64,000 bases of DNA, from positions 418,064 through 482,063 of the forward strand of contig CAYMNZ010000001.1 in the NCBI GenBank assembly GCA_964391975.1. The letters are read 5' to 3'. Made by a program: the position numbers and the translations under genes. Source of the stretch: an uncultured Candidatus Saccharibacteria bacterium (GTDB lineage Bacteria > Patescibacteriota > Minisyncoccia > Phycocordibacterales > Phycocordibacteraceae). Under the pieces are notes generated by a model. That model was not told the origin of the DNA. It made no database searches and was given only the letters and a program-made list of their open reading frames with translations. Of this stretch, positions 1 to 8,844 are shown piece by piece (the first letter of the stretch is position 1; every line of letters starts with the position of its first letter).

Positions 1-1
1 C

Positions 2-544
2 AGCGACTATGACCTGGTTATCCTCGACCTCATGCTTCCTACGAAATCAGGCTATGAGGTGTGTGAGGAGGCTAGGGCTCGGGGGGTCACGGTGCCTATT
101 CTCGTGCTCACCGCTCGCAACGAAGTAGAGAACAAAGTGCGCCTGCTCCTCTCAGGGGCGGACGACTACCTTGTGAAGCCCTTCTCATTCGAGGAGCTTT
201 TGGCTCGCGTCCATGCTCTCCTGCGGCGTCCAGTCGCCACAGTGCCCGACGTGCTTCGGGTGGCGGATATTGAGCTTGATCCCTCTGAGCACATCGTCCG
301 TCGCGAAGGAGTAGAGGTGCCCCTTACCCTTAAGGAGTTCACGCTGTTAGAATATTTCCTGCGCCACCCCAACGAGGTGGTGAACCGCGAAGACCTCCTT
401 TCACACCTCTGGGACTTCAATTATGAATCGTTCAGCAATGTAATCGACGTCCATGTCAAAAACCTCCGCAGGAAACTCGACGCGCCCGATGAACCGTCTC
501 TCATTGAGACGGTTAGGGGGATTGGTTACCGCCTTCGCGCGTAA
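2..544 (+). CDS. OmpR/PhoB-family response regulator, 5'-truncated at the window edge (receiver C-terminus plus winged-helix DNA-binding domain)
   Basis: Translation reads DYDLVILDLMLP...ADDYLVKPF (receiver) then ...LTLKEFTLLEYFLRHP...VHVKNLRRKL...TVRGIGYRL (winged helix trans_reg_C). The in-frame ORF runs to nt 2. Confidence 0.85.
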   Translation, partial: SDYDLVILDLMLPTKSGYEVCEEARARGVTVPILVLTARNEVENKVRLLLSGADDYLVKPFSFEELLARVHALLRRPVATVPDVLRVADIELDPSEHIVRREGVEVPLTLKEFTLLEYFLRHPNEVVNREDLLSHLWDFNYESFSNVIDVHVKNLRRKLDAPDEPSLIETVRGIGYRLRA

Positions 545-1625
545 GTACAAGCACGACCTCTTCTTCAGAACGGAACTGAACGTTATCGTTCTGCAGATTG
601 TGTTCACGCTGCTCATCCTCGTTTTGGTGTCGGTCGGGTTCTCCATACTCTACGACGACGTCTCGACCAACCTGCTGCTCGGCATCATGACGAGCATCGC
701 AAGTGGTGCAACGACAACCAGCTCGTTCATCGTCGACAACCTTGAGTACCTCAAGGACCGAAACTTCCTCTTCGTCGCGGCAGGCATCGCGCTTGTGACC
801 GCCGTCTTCGGGTACCTGCTCACGCGCCTCACACTTGCACCGACTCGCAACGCGCTTGAGAGTCAGAAGCAGTTCATCGGCAACGTCGCGCACGAACTAC
901 GCACTCCCCTTTCCATCATTAAAACCAACACGGAGGTGACACTCTTTGACGAGACGCTCCCCAAGGATACGCGCGAGACGCTTGAAAGTACGGTAGAAGA
1001 GCTTGACCGTATCTCAGACATCATCAATAACCTGCTTTCATTGAACGTACTTGTGCGGCCAGAGAAAGTGCCGTTTATGAACGTCGACATGGGAGAGATT
1101 GTTGACCGTGTCACCTCTCACCTCGACGAACTCATCAGCCGTAAGGGAATCATTCTTACTATTGAAAAGAACGAATACTGCACGGTCTGGGGAAACGCTA
1201 CCGCACTTGAGCAGATTGTTATGAACATTGTGAAGAACGCATGCAACTACACGCCAAGTGGCGGAAATGTATGTATCGCCGTTGCACCCGATTACCGAGG
1301 CCACCTGACGCTCCTCGTGGAAGACTCGGGCATTGGTATTGAAGAGAAGGACCTCGTGCGTATCTTCGAACCGTTCTACCGAGCAGACTCCTCGCGCACG
1401 CGCGGAAGCGGCGGCTCAGGACTCGGACTCGCCATTGTGAGAGAGTTGGTCAAGATGCACCATGGGAGCATCGTCATTAAGAGCGCGCCTGGTAAGGGCA
1501 CCAGCGTGACGGTTACACTTCCGTGCGGTAAAGACCAAGCAAAGAAAAAAGACGAGACCACCTCCGGCCAGGTAGAAGTAGATTTCTCCAAGTATTTTGG
1601 CCCTCAAAAGCGCGACGACCTCTAA
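453..1625 (+). CDS. Sensor histidine kinase (2 TM helices, HisKA H-box, HATPase_c)
   Basis: H-box FIGNVAHELRTPLSI; N box NIVKNACNYT; G boxes EDSGIGI and GSGLGLAIVRELV; two hydrophobic helices near the N-terminus. The start is uncertain. ATG 453 and 489 overlap the upstream RR, and GTG at about 600 is an alternative. Confidence 0.85.
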   Translation: MSKTSAGNSTRPMNRLSLRRLGGLVTAFARKYKHDLFFRTELNVIVLQIVFTLLILVLVSVGFSILYDDVSTNLLLGIMTSIASGATTTSSFIVDNLEYLKDRNFLFVAAGIALVTAVFGYLLTRLTLAPTRNALESQKQFIGNVAHELRTPLSIIKTNTEVTLFDETLPKDTRETLESTVEELDRISDIINNLLSLNVLVRPEKVPFMNVDMGEIVDRVTSHLDELISRKGIILTIEKNEYCTVWGNATALEQIVMNIVKNACNYTPSGGNVCIAVAPDYRGHLTLLVEDSGIGIEEKDLVRIFEPFYRADSSRTRGSGGSGLGLAIVRELVKMHHGSIVIKSAPGKGTSVTVTLPCGKDQAKKKDETTSGQVEVDFSKYFGPQKRDDL

Positions 1626-1768
1626 TTCATCTGCCACTCATCGGTGCTTTGGTACGGTAGTGAGCTATTACCAGCCCTAATAGTCACCTATCGTCGTAAC
1701 GCAATCTATGAGCACTCTACATAAGGAGAGCGAGAGCAGCGCCTCCGACCATATTGTGAGATAGAGCT

Positions 1769-1804
1769 GGGGAGGCCAATGCATAAAGCATTTTTGGCCT
1801 CCCC
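1769..1804. terminator. Strong hairpin (GGGGAGGCCAA...TTGGCCTCCCC) between the convergent HK and DUF5667-like genes, probably a bidirectional terminator
   Basis: 11-bp perfect inverted repeat with a 14-nt loop, read directly from the sequence. It lies between the stop codons at 1625 (+) and 1811 (-). Confidence 0.5.
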
Positions 1805-1810
1805 GGCGCC

Positions 1811-2974
1811 TTAGGGTGCCAAGTCGATGCGAATCGGACGATACCAGGAGCTGGAGCGACGCTCAGGACGCTCTACGTTCTCGACAACCGCTTCAGTGGA
1901 TGATGCGGTGGTGGTTGCCGTAGTAGTCGCTGCCGCCTTCATCATTGTTGGCGCTGAGAGCGCTGCGACCTCTGGAGCAGGTGCGGTAGCCATCTCTTCT
2001 TCAACGACAGCATCAGCGACTACCTCTTCTTCAGTCTCGAAGCGGTCTTTGGCCTCAAGGAGGCGCCAACTTACGCCGATGGCAGTCTTAGCACGCGCAA
2101 ATTCTGCGACCGCGTCTTGATACTCACCCCGCTCGTGCTTTGCCTTCCCTTCGTCAATCGCCTCGTTGATGAACGCGACACGACTATCGATGGCGAGCGC
2201 ATCATCTGCAGGAAGTACGACGGAGAGTTCTGCAAGGTCACGAACCGCAACTTCTGCGTCACGCGCCGCGCGAGCCAGCACATGTTCACTTGCTTCCTTG
2301 GAAGGTGCGTCGTTCTCATCACGCTCGAGTGCCACCTCCTCTTTCTTCTCAGCAATATCAACGCGTAGCGTAGCGAGCGCATCTTCTGTGTCCCCGCTGC
2401 GTGCAGCGATGATGTCGTCGATAATGCGGCCATGCGCTGAGAGCACTGATTCGAGTTCAACAGAGGCATCAATACTCTTCTCAGGTGCTTTCTCTGAAAG
2501 CTCATCAATATGTGACGCAGCTTCATCTGCCGAATCATGGAAACGTTCCGAAAGCTCTGCTACAGCAGTCTCATCAAGTGAGCCGCGCGCCGCAAGGACC
2601 TCTGCTTCCTCCAGGCGACGTTCAGCACGAGAGGTAGCAACCGCAGCTTTGGCCGAGGGGGTAATGGCAGTGAGCGTGTACAGCGGCTCGTTGACGTTGA
2701 CCTTAAGCGCATACATAGCGTCTCCTGGAACGGAATCCTCAGCAGCAAGCGAGACGCCTCCTGCACCACTTACAAAAACAACGACAACAGCGATGAAGGA
2801 TGCGGTCCTCTGGAACGTGAGGGTCATGAAAAAACCTCCGTAGGGGGACGGGATGTTCGGTGTAGCTTGCGTCGCGCGCATGCGAGTCAGAAGTACCTCG
2901 CGCATGGCGGAACGCTCCGCGTCCGAGAGACGAAGTATGGAAAGCGAGTGCTTGAGTGTTTTAAGTAGGTCCAT
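1811..2974 (-). CDS. DUF5667-like / anti-sigma-like protein. It has an N-terminal region, one TM helix, and an Ala/Glu-rich extracytoplasmic domain
   Basis: 387-aa ORF overlapping the upstream ECF sigma gene by 14 nt. TM helix FIAVVVVFVSGAGGVSLAA, then a long Ala/Glu/Asp-rich helical region. The architecture is typical of anti-sigma/DUF5667 partners of ECF sigma factors. Confidence 0.6.
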   Translation of the reverse strand: MDLLKTLKHSLSILRLSDAERSAMREVLLTRMRATQATPNIPSPYGGFFMTLTFQRTASFIAVVVVFVSGAGGVSLAAEDSVPGDAMYALKVNVNEPLYTLTAITPSAKAAVATSRAERRLEEAEVLAARGSLDETAVAELSERFHDSADEAASHIDELSEKAPEKSIDASVELESVLSAHGRIIDDIIAARSGDTEDALATLRVDIAEKKEEVALERDENDAPSKEASEHVLARAARDAEVAVRDLAELSVVLPADDALAIDSRVAFINEAIDEGKAKHERGEYQDAVAEFARAKTAIGVSWRLLEAKDRFETEEEVVADAVVEEEMATAPAPEVAALSAPTMMKAAATTTATTTASSTEAVVENVERPERRSSSWYRPIRIDLAP

Positions 2975-3470
2975 GGTCGAGTAGTGCTCGGAGCTTCTTG
3001 GTCGCGCGGTGGATGCGGACCGAAATGACGTTTGGAGATTCGCCTGAAATAGCGGCTATCTCCCCAACTGACAAATCTTCCACATGCCGCATAAGAAGGG
3101 CCTCGCGGTCTTTCTCTGGAAGCTCTGAAAGTAGTAAGAGGGCCTCCTTCCCTGCCGCAGCATCCGTAATGGTTGCTGCGTCTTCGCCTGCTGGGTCAAA
3201 CCCCGTCTCCTGCATCGATTCGAGCGAGGAGCTCTTCTTCTTGCGGTAGTGGTCGATAATCAGGTTGCCAGCTATCCGGAACAGGAAGGCTTTCGGATTA
3301 TCGACCTCGTTCCCGGCCGTGAGGTAGTCCCACATCCGGAGGAATGATTCCTGCGTGATGTCGAGTGCCATCTCACGGTCGCTTACCTTAAAGTAGGCGT
3401 GCCGGAAGAGCGGGTCCGCAAAGCGGGTATGCAGGTCAAGGAACGCCGTCTCAGTCGCTTTCGAGTCCAT
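2961..3470 (-). CDS. ECF-type RNA polymerase sigma-70 family factor
   Basis: Region 2 (FLRMWDYL...IAGNLIIDHYRKK) and region 4 HTH (REALLMRHVEDLSVGEIAAISGESPNVISVRIHRATKKLR). Confidence 0.85.
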   Translation of the reverse strand: MDSKATETAFLDLHTRFADPLFRHAYFKVSDREMALDITQESFLRMWDYLTAGNEVDNPKAFLFRIAGNLIIDHYRKKKSSSLESMQETGFDPAGEDAATITDAAAGKEALLLLSELPEKDREALLMRHVEDLSVGEIAAISGESPNVISVRIHRATKKLRALLDHGPT

Positions 3471-3530
3471 ATCCTATGACGTAGCACGCTGGTGCCTATT
3501 ACCTTTACCCTGCATATGGTCACAGCATAC

Positions 3531-3557
3531 CAAAAGCCCCGCTTTCGCGGGGCTTTG
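3531..3557 (-). terminator. Rho-independent terminator for the secreted-protein gene (AGCCCCGC-TTTC-GCGGGGCT followed by a U-run on the minus strand)
   Basis: 8-bp GC stem plus T-tract immediately 3' of the minus-strand stop at 3570. Confidence 0.7.
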
Positions 3558-3569
3558 AGGAGAGAACTG

Positions 3570-4061
3570 TTATTTCTTCCAGAAGCCGAAGTGGCCCTTG
3601 AACCAGTCCCGTACCTTGAGTCCGAAGTCCTTAGCATGGTCCTTCCTGTTCACGTTCTCGTCCTCAGACCATTCCTTAAGGACCGTTGCGTCCACACGGA
3701 AGGTTGATTCGAGCGTGCCGCTGAAGCTAACCGTATCTCCGACCTCGAGGTCATTGAGGTCGAAGTCATTGCCCTTGAGCGTGAGAAGCTCGGTGTCGCT
3801 GTCGATGTCGACCGTCCACGTAAGCTCCACATCCCCGAGGTCTGTCTGCGCCGTCACCACGTCGTCGTTGATTGCTGTCACTTCTGCGCCGCGCACGAGC
3901 GCACTACCGTTGGCGGTGAGCTGCACGAGCGTAGCAGGACGCACACTCTTGTTGTTTTCTTTCTGCTCGCCGTCGTTATTTGCGAGCGCCGCTGCCGGTC
4001 CTATCACGAGAGCTGCGATAAGCACCGGAAGCAGAATCTTTTGCATAAGGTTGGTGTTCAT
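3570..4061 (-). CDS. Secreted hypothetical protein (signal peptide)
   Basis: N-terminal signal-like MNTNLMQKILLPVLIAALVIGPAAALA; no recognisable catalytic motif; the ORF is followed by a terminator. Confidence 0.6.
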   Translation of the reverse strand: MNTNLMQKILLPVLIAALVIGPAAALANNDGEQKENNKSVRPATLVQLTANGSALVRGAEVTAINDDVVTAQTDLGDVELTWTVDIDSDTELLTLKGNDFDLNDLEVGDTVSFSGTLESTFRVDATVLKEWSEDENVNRKDHAKDFGLKVRDWFKGHFGFWKK

Positions 4062-4175
4062 ATCTGGATGGTTCCGTTAGTGCGGACATGCCGCATACGT
4101 ATACAGACGGATGTGGCGGATGCGCATTACGCACCGAGGTATCTTCCTACGGCCTAGATGAGCGGTAGATGAACG

Positions 4176-4730
4176 CTAGTACAGCTCTGTGAGAGAGCGG
4201 CGCATGCGGTCAAAGGTTGCGATGAGCGCGGTGTGGTCGAAAGCTTTAATGGTGCCAGGGTCGTAATTCTCAACAGCGGTGGAGTGAATGAAATAGCGAA
4301 CCACTCGGCACGGGCTGCTATCCACTGGCACAAAGACCCTTTCTTCGTAGCGGTTGCCTGCACCTGCATCAGAGACCGTGACGAAGGAATACGCTACACC
4401 CTGGTCCGTCACAAGGGTTGAGGAGGCTGGCGTATCGATGAACATCTCAGCATTACATTTTCCTTCTACCTCAACACTCTCAACCGAAAGCTTTGTATCG
4501 GAAGAAAGGTTGGTGCCCTCGCGCGTGCTTGTGCCCACAGTAAACGAAACCTTGTTCACCTCAGACTCCACTATGTACTCCGGTGGGTATTCAATACTGA
4601 AGTCGAGAGCAGTGTGGAGTTTCCATCCATCTTTTGGCGCTTCAGGCGCTACCGACTGTATGCGGGCGGTCAACCACGAACCCCCAAGCACCAGTCCCAC
4701 GATGACCAGAAAGATAAGGGCGGTTCTCAT
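4176..4730 (-). CDS. Membrane-anchored hypothetical protein
   Basis: 184-aa ORF with an N-terminal TM helix (ALIFLVIVGLVLGGSWL); no recognisable motifs. Confidence 0.5.
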   Translation of the reverse strand: MRTALIFLVIVGLVLGGSWLTARIQSVAPEAPKDGWKLHTALDFSIEYPPEYIVESEVNKVSFTVGTSTREGTNLSSDTKLSVESVEVEGKCNAEMFIDTPASSTLVTDQGVAYSFVTVSDAGAGNRYEERVFVPVDSSPCRVVRYFIHSTAVENYDPGTIKAFDHTALIATFDRMRRSLTELY

Positions 4731-4791
4731 GGTCTCAAGTATAGCCTAGGGCTCGGTGGGAAGGATGAGGCCAAAATGCTAAGATGCCCTC

Positions 4792-5655
4792 ATGAAGGCA
4801 GCCAACCTTAAGGCGGCAATCGCCGCCCTCGTGGTACTTAGTCTGGTCTTGGCCCTCGGGTTCCTCTGGTACTACAAGGACTCCAGGGCAACGCTTGGTG
4901 CCCTCGTGGCCGACTACGAAGCGAGGCTCGCTGTAGTGTCCGCTGACCTCGCCAAAGCAGAAGCTCAGAATACCGAGCTTGGCGGTAACCTTGAGGCCGA
5001 GCGCGAGCGCAATAATGCATTTGAAGATCAAATCAAAGACATCACCGGAACCGTAAGCGACCTCGACAAGCTCGCGAAGACCGACCCTGAGCTGCTGCGG
5101 AAATATTCCAAAATCTATTTCCTCAACGAGAACTACTCACCTACTGGTGCAGTGTCCATTGATAAGAAGTACGTCTACGGCGACAGCGAATCCATACACG
5201 AAAAGGTGTGGCCGTTTCTTGAAGACCTCCTTGAGGACGCCGAGGATGACGATATCGACTTGAAGGTCATTTCCGGCTTCCGCTCCTTCGGAACGCAAGC
5301 GGCACTTAAATCAGGCTACAAGGTGACGTACGGCAGCGGCGCAAACGCCTTCTCTGCTGACCAAGGCTATTCCGAGCACCAGCTTGGCACTACTGTTGAT
5401 TTCACCACTGACGCCATTGGCTCTTCCTTTACGGGCTTCGACCAATCAGAAGCATTCTCCTGGCTCACCAAGAACGCCTACCGGTACGGCTTTGTTCTTT
5501 CCTATCCTAAAGGAAACACGTATTATCAGTACGAGCCGTGGCACTGGCGTTTCGTCGGTACCGACCTAGCTCGCGACCTTCACAAGAACGGAAAGAGCTT
5601 CTACGACCTCGACCAGCGCGAGATTGATACCTATTTGATAACCCTCTTCGACTAA
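4792..5655 (+). CDS. Peptidase M15B / VanY-like D-alanyl-D-alanine carboxypeptidase with N-terminal TM anchor and coiled coil
   Basis: Motifs SGFRSF...Q, SEHQLGTTVDF and EPWHWRF are characteristic of Zn D,D-carboxypeptidases (VanY/M15 family). Confidence 0.75.
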   Translation: MKAANLKAAIAALVVLSLVLALGFLWYYKDSRATLGALVADYEARLAVVSADLAKAEAQNTELGGNLEAERERNNAFEDQIKDITGTVSDLDKLAKTDPELLRKYSKIYFLNENYSPTGAVSIDKKYVYGDSESIHEKVWPFLEDLLEDAEDDDIDLKVISGFRSFGTQAALKSGYKVTYGSGANAFSADQGYSEHQLGTTVDFTTDAIGSSFTGFDQSEAFSWLTKNAYRYGFVLSYPKGNTYYQYEPWHWRFVGTDLARDLHKNGKSFYDLDQREIDTYLITLFD

Positions 5656-5657
5656 TC

Positions 5658-7241
5658 ATGAAAAAAGTAGAGACAGCGCTCCTCTCGGTCTACCATAAGG
5701 ACGGCATCGTTGAGTTCGCAAAAGGACTCACCGATCTCGGAGTCAAAATCTACGCCTCCGGAGGCACGGCCAAGGCGCTTACTGATGCCGGCATTGCAGT
5801 GACCGATGTTGCGACCTTGGTGGGCGGCGGCGCCATCCTTGGGCACCGTGTGGTGACCCTTTCTCGCGAAGTACACGCAGGACTCCTTGCTCGCGATGTT
5901 CCTGAAGACCTCAAAGAACTCGCCGACCTTTCTATACCGTTTATTGACCTCGTGTGCGTTGACCTCTATCCGCTTGAGGAAGAAATCAAAAAGCCGGGAA
6001 GCACTCGTGAGTCAGTGGTTGCGCAGACTGACATGGGCGGCCCTGCAATGATTCGCTCTGCTGCCAAAGGCGACCGCGTTGTCGTGTGCGACCCTAAAGA
6101 CCGCGAGCGTGTGCTCGAGTGGCTTCGTGCTGGAGGAAGTGATGAAGCATTTGTGCACGAGCTGGGTGCAAAGGGTGAATACACGATTGCCGGCTACTGC
6201 CTCACTTCTGCAACATATAAGGGAGAAGGTCGTTACGCAGGATTTGTAGGCGAGCGCATTGCTGAGTGTAAGTATGGCGAGAACGCAGTGCAGGCACCAG
6301 CAGCCCTCTACGCTTCTTCTACGGAGGATCCTCTCGCACTCTCAAAGTTCTCTATTCTCGAGGGAACACCTCCTTCCTATAACAATTGGGCAGATATCGA
6401 TCGCCTCTTACAGACGGCAACGCATATCGCTGCAGCTTTTGATGTGAACCGAGGGAAGGTCCCGCACCTCGCAGTGGGTGCTAAGCACGGCAACGCCTGC
6501 GGTGCAGCGGTAGGTGGTACACACGCAGAGACGCTCAAGAAGACCATCGCTGGCGACCCGCTCGCCATCTTTGGCGGACTCATCCTTACCAACTTCCCTG
6601 TTGGTGCTGAGGAGGCAGAAGAGATTGCTGGCCGCATGCTCGACGGCATTATCGCTCCTTCGTTTACGGAAGAAGCAATCACGAAGTTGAGACGCAAGGG
6701 CGACAAGTGCCGCTTCATTGTGAACCCGGCACTCGCCTCCCTTGGAAAGGACTCCCTGGATGCTGCTCCTCGCTTCAGGTATGTGCGTGGTGGATTCCTC
6801 ACACAACCTAACTACACGTACGTGCTTGAGCTCGCGTCTACTGACCTCGCTACATACGGGAACGCAACCGCCGCGCAGGAGGACGACATGCTCCTAGCCT
6901 GGGCCATCGGAGCAACCAGCAACAGCAACACCATCGCGCTTGTGAAGGATGGAATGCTCGTCGGTAACGGTGTTGGCCAGCAGGATCGTGTAGGGGCTGC
7001 AAAGCTCGCCCTCATGAGGGCAGAGCGCTCCAAGCATGAGGTGAAGGGGGCGGTAGCCTACAGCGACTCCTTCTTCCCCTTCCCGGACGGTCCTGAGACA
7101 TTGATTGATGGCGGTGTTGCTACCATTCTCACGACGAGTGGTTCGCTTAAGGATCCAGCAACTATTGAGCTTGCAGCCTCGCGCGGCGTCCCTCTGTATA
7201 TGATTCCTGATCGACTGGGACGAGGGTTCTTCGGGCACTAG
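5658..7241 (+). CDS. purH: Bifunctional AICAR transformylase / IMP cyclohydrolase
   Basis: 527 aa. The N-terminal MGS-like domain (LLSVYHKDGIVEFAKGL...IYASGGTAKAL) and the C-terminal AICARFT domain have the length and order of PurH. Confidence 0.85.
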   Translation: MKKVETALLSVYHKDGIVEFAKGLTDLGVKIYASGGTAKALTDAGIAVTDVATLVGGGAILGHRVVTLSREVHAGLLARDVPEDLKELADLSIPFIDLVCVDLYPLEEEIKKPGSTRESVVAQTDMGGPAMIRSAAKGDRVVVCDPKDRERVLEWLRAGGSDEAFVHELGAKGEYTIAGYCLTSATYKGEGRYAGFVGERIAECKYGENAVQAPAALYASSTEDPLALSKFSILEGTPPSYNNWADIDRLLQTATHIAAAFDVNRGKVPHLAVGAKHGNACGAAVGGTHAETLKKTIAGDPLAIFGGLILTNFPVGAEEAEEIAGRMLDGIIAPSFTEEAITKLRRKGDKCRFIVNPALASLGKDSLDAAPRFRYVRGGFLTQPNYTYVLELASTDLATYGNATAAQEDDMLLAWAIGATSNSNTIALVKDGMLVGNGVGQQDRVGAAKLALMRAERSKHEVKGAVAYSDSFFPFPDGPETLIDGGVATILTTSGSLKDPATIELAASRGVPLYMIPDRLGRGFFGH

Positions 7242-7294
7242 CTATACCCACTCTCTGCCCGCCGGCGTACAGCAGGCGGTATACTAAACGCACT

Positions 7295-7792
7295 ATGAAA
7301 TCCCAGAAGCCTGCTGACAGTCTGTTCTCCCGTCATCTCAAATCACGTCTTTCCTTCAAACACAGTTTGATAGGTCGTTTTGCTGACCTTATGACCCACT
7401 GGTTCGGTACGGTCACCTTCCTGTTCATAAACTTCGTTGTCTTCCTCGTATGGATTCTCTGGAACGAAGGCTTGCTCGGCTATGAAATTTTTGACCCCTT
7501 CCCGTATTCGCTCCTTACCATGGCAGTCTCGCTTGAAGCAATCGCTCTTTCAGTCATTGTGCTTATCAGTCAGAACCGTCAGGGACACATTGCCGATATT
7601 CGTGAGAAGCTCGACTTCGAGATAGATGTTCGCTCCGAAGAGGAAATAACGAAGGTGCTCATTATGCTTGATGAGATTCAGCACCACCTTGGCATGCGTC
7701 GTCACCTCAAGGACAGCGAGCTCGCGGAGATGAAAGCGAGCACCGATATCGAAGCGCTGAGGGAAGAAGCAGAATCACTTCCGGACGCGTAA
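7295..7792 (+). CDS. DUF1003-family membrane protein
   Basis: FGTVTFLFINFVVFLVWILWN...DPFPYSLLTMAVSLEAIALSVIVLISQNRQ matches the conserved DUF1003 core. Confidence 0.7.
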   Translation: MKSQKPADSLFSRHLKSRLSFKHSLIGRFADLMTHWFGTVTFLFINFVVFLVWILWNEGLLGYEIFDPFPYSLLTMAVSLEAIALSVIVLISQNRQGHIADIREKLDFEIDVRSEEEITKVLIMLDEIQHHLGMRRHLKDSELAEMKASTDIEALREEAESLPDA

Positions 7793-7796
7793 AAGG

Positions 7797-7821
7797 AAAC
7801 CGCCCTTCCGGGCGGTTTTTT
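7797..7821. terminator. Rho-independent terminator (AAACCGCCC-TTCC-GGGCGGTTTTTT), bidirectional between convergent genes
   Basis: Perfect GC hairpin plus T6 directly after the stop at 7792. The A-run on the other side could serve the minus-strand gene ending at 7820. Confidence 0.85.
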
Positions 7822-8425
7822 AGTTACCGAGAGCGAGCTTGCCGCCCGTCACAATGTCGACGAGTTCAGCCTGGGTGCTCGGGATGTCAGAGACCTTGAT
7901 GCGGCCAACCACCTTGATGGTGACACCGTTACAAATACCGAGCGCAAGCGCAGGGTTTACCGCTTTTCCGCTCACCAGCACGGTGTCTTCCATATTCACG
8001 AGAACGTCAATTTGCTCAACCTTCCTGGAGTGCGTAGTGTCCGCAATAACGCGGTAGCCCACCAGGTGCTCAACCGAAGCGTAGCCACAGGAGCGTGAAG
8101 GGTTCTGGGGTGCCTCAATGGAGATGATGGTTCCGAACGGGAGCTCGGAAGCAAGGTCCTTGGAGCGTGCAGCTATGACCTCAGGGTTAGAAGCCGCGCC
8201 GGAGGCGGTTATCAGGGGGTTACCGTCCGTCTGCTCTGGTACGGCATTGTAGGCCGTGAGCTTTACGGAAAGTTCACCAACGGCGTCCCGGGCGACAGCT
8301 ACTTCGTCCTTTACGGCTACCTTTACGGTTTCCGCAGGGTCGATAGGAGTCTGTTCAGCCTGGACGGGCGCGTAGGCGGTCCCTGCCCAAACAAAAAAGC
8401 CCATAAGGGCTATAAGTGGTGTCAT
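7820..8425 (-). CDS. 3D-domain (MltA/YuiC-like) cell-wall protein with signal peptide
   Basis: Signal peptide, then TAYNAVPEQTDGNPLITASG, typical of 3D-domain lytic transglycosylase-like proteins. Confidence 0.65.
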   Translation of the reverse strand: MTPLIALMGFFVWAGTAYAPVQAEQTPIDPAETVKVAVKDEVAVARDAVGELSVKLTAYNAVPEQTDGNPLITASGAASNPEVIAARSKDLASELPFGTIISIEAPQNPSRSCGYASVEHLVGYRVIADTTHSRKVEQIDVLVNMEDTVLVSGKAVNPALALGICNGVTIKVVGRIKVSDIPSTQAELVDIVTGGKLALGN

Positions 8426-8557
8426 AGATACAAGGGTCCAAAAGACAACCTCGTAAAGCTAGACTATCAGTCAAGGCCCCTTTTGTCAAGGTCTACAACA
8501 CTTTTGAGAAGTATGTCAAGAGTGAAAATGGGCTAAATACCCTTATTCTACGCCATT

Positions 8558-8842
8558 CTATTGCTCTGAACCTTGTATACCCTGTAGCTCCCAGGCCTTC
8601 CTTCTTCCCTCCTCTACTTCGGCCCGGAGAGCTCGGAGGTCGACGAGCTCTGGGTGGTTGGTTATCTGGCCCTTTTCAATGCCTAATTCGGCCTCTAACA
8701 CCCCTTCCCGGTCTACAAAGTCATCCACCACCTCCTCAAGTGACCGCGCATCGCCTTTGGCGACCGCATTTTTAACCATCTGGCGGACAGTTTCAGCGTC
8801 CGCAATACCCCAAGGGTAAGTTTTAGGCTCGTTCTCTATCAT
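8558..8842 (-). CDS. Acidic hypothetical protein, co-transcribed downstream of nrdB
   Basis: 94-aa ORF with a 2-nt gap after the nrdB stop; no Cys, no known motif. Confidence 0.45.
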   Translation of the reverse strand: MIENEPKTYPWGIADAETVRQMVKNAVAKGDARSLEEVVDDFVDREGVLEAELGIEKGQITNHPELVDLRALRAEVEEGRRKAWELQGIQGSEQ

Positions 8843-8844
8843 AC

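Noticed and set aside
2166-2843. 225-aa Ser/Ala/Thr-rich ORF on the plus strand, and many other 60-200-aa ORFs antisense to nrdA, rpoB, rpoC, dnaE, smc and others
   Set aside because: They lie wholly inside, and antisense to, long well-supported genes. Open antisense frames are expected at this GC content. They have low-complexity composition and no start-context or motif support.
8426-8557. AT-richer 132-bp intergenic region examined for small RNA or tRNA
   Set aside because: No cloverleaf or conserved structure is recognisable. It is most simply the promoter region for the 3D-domain gene.
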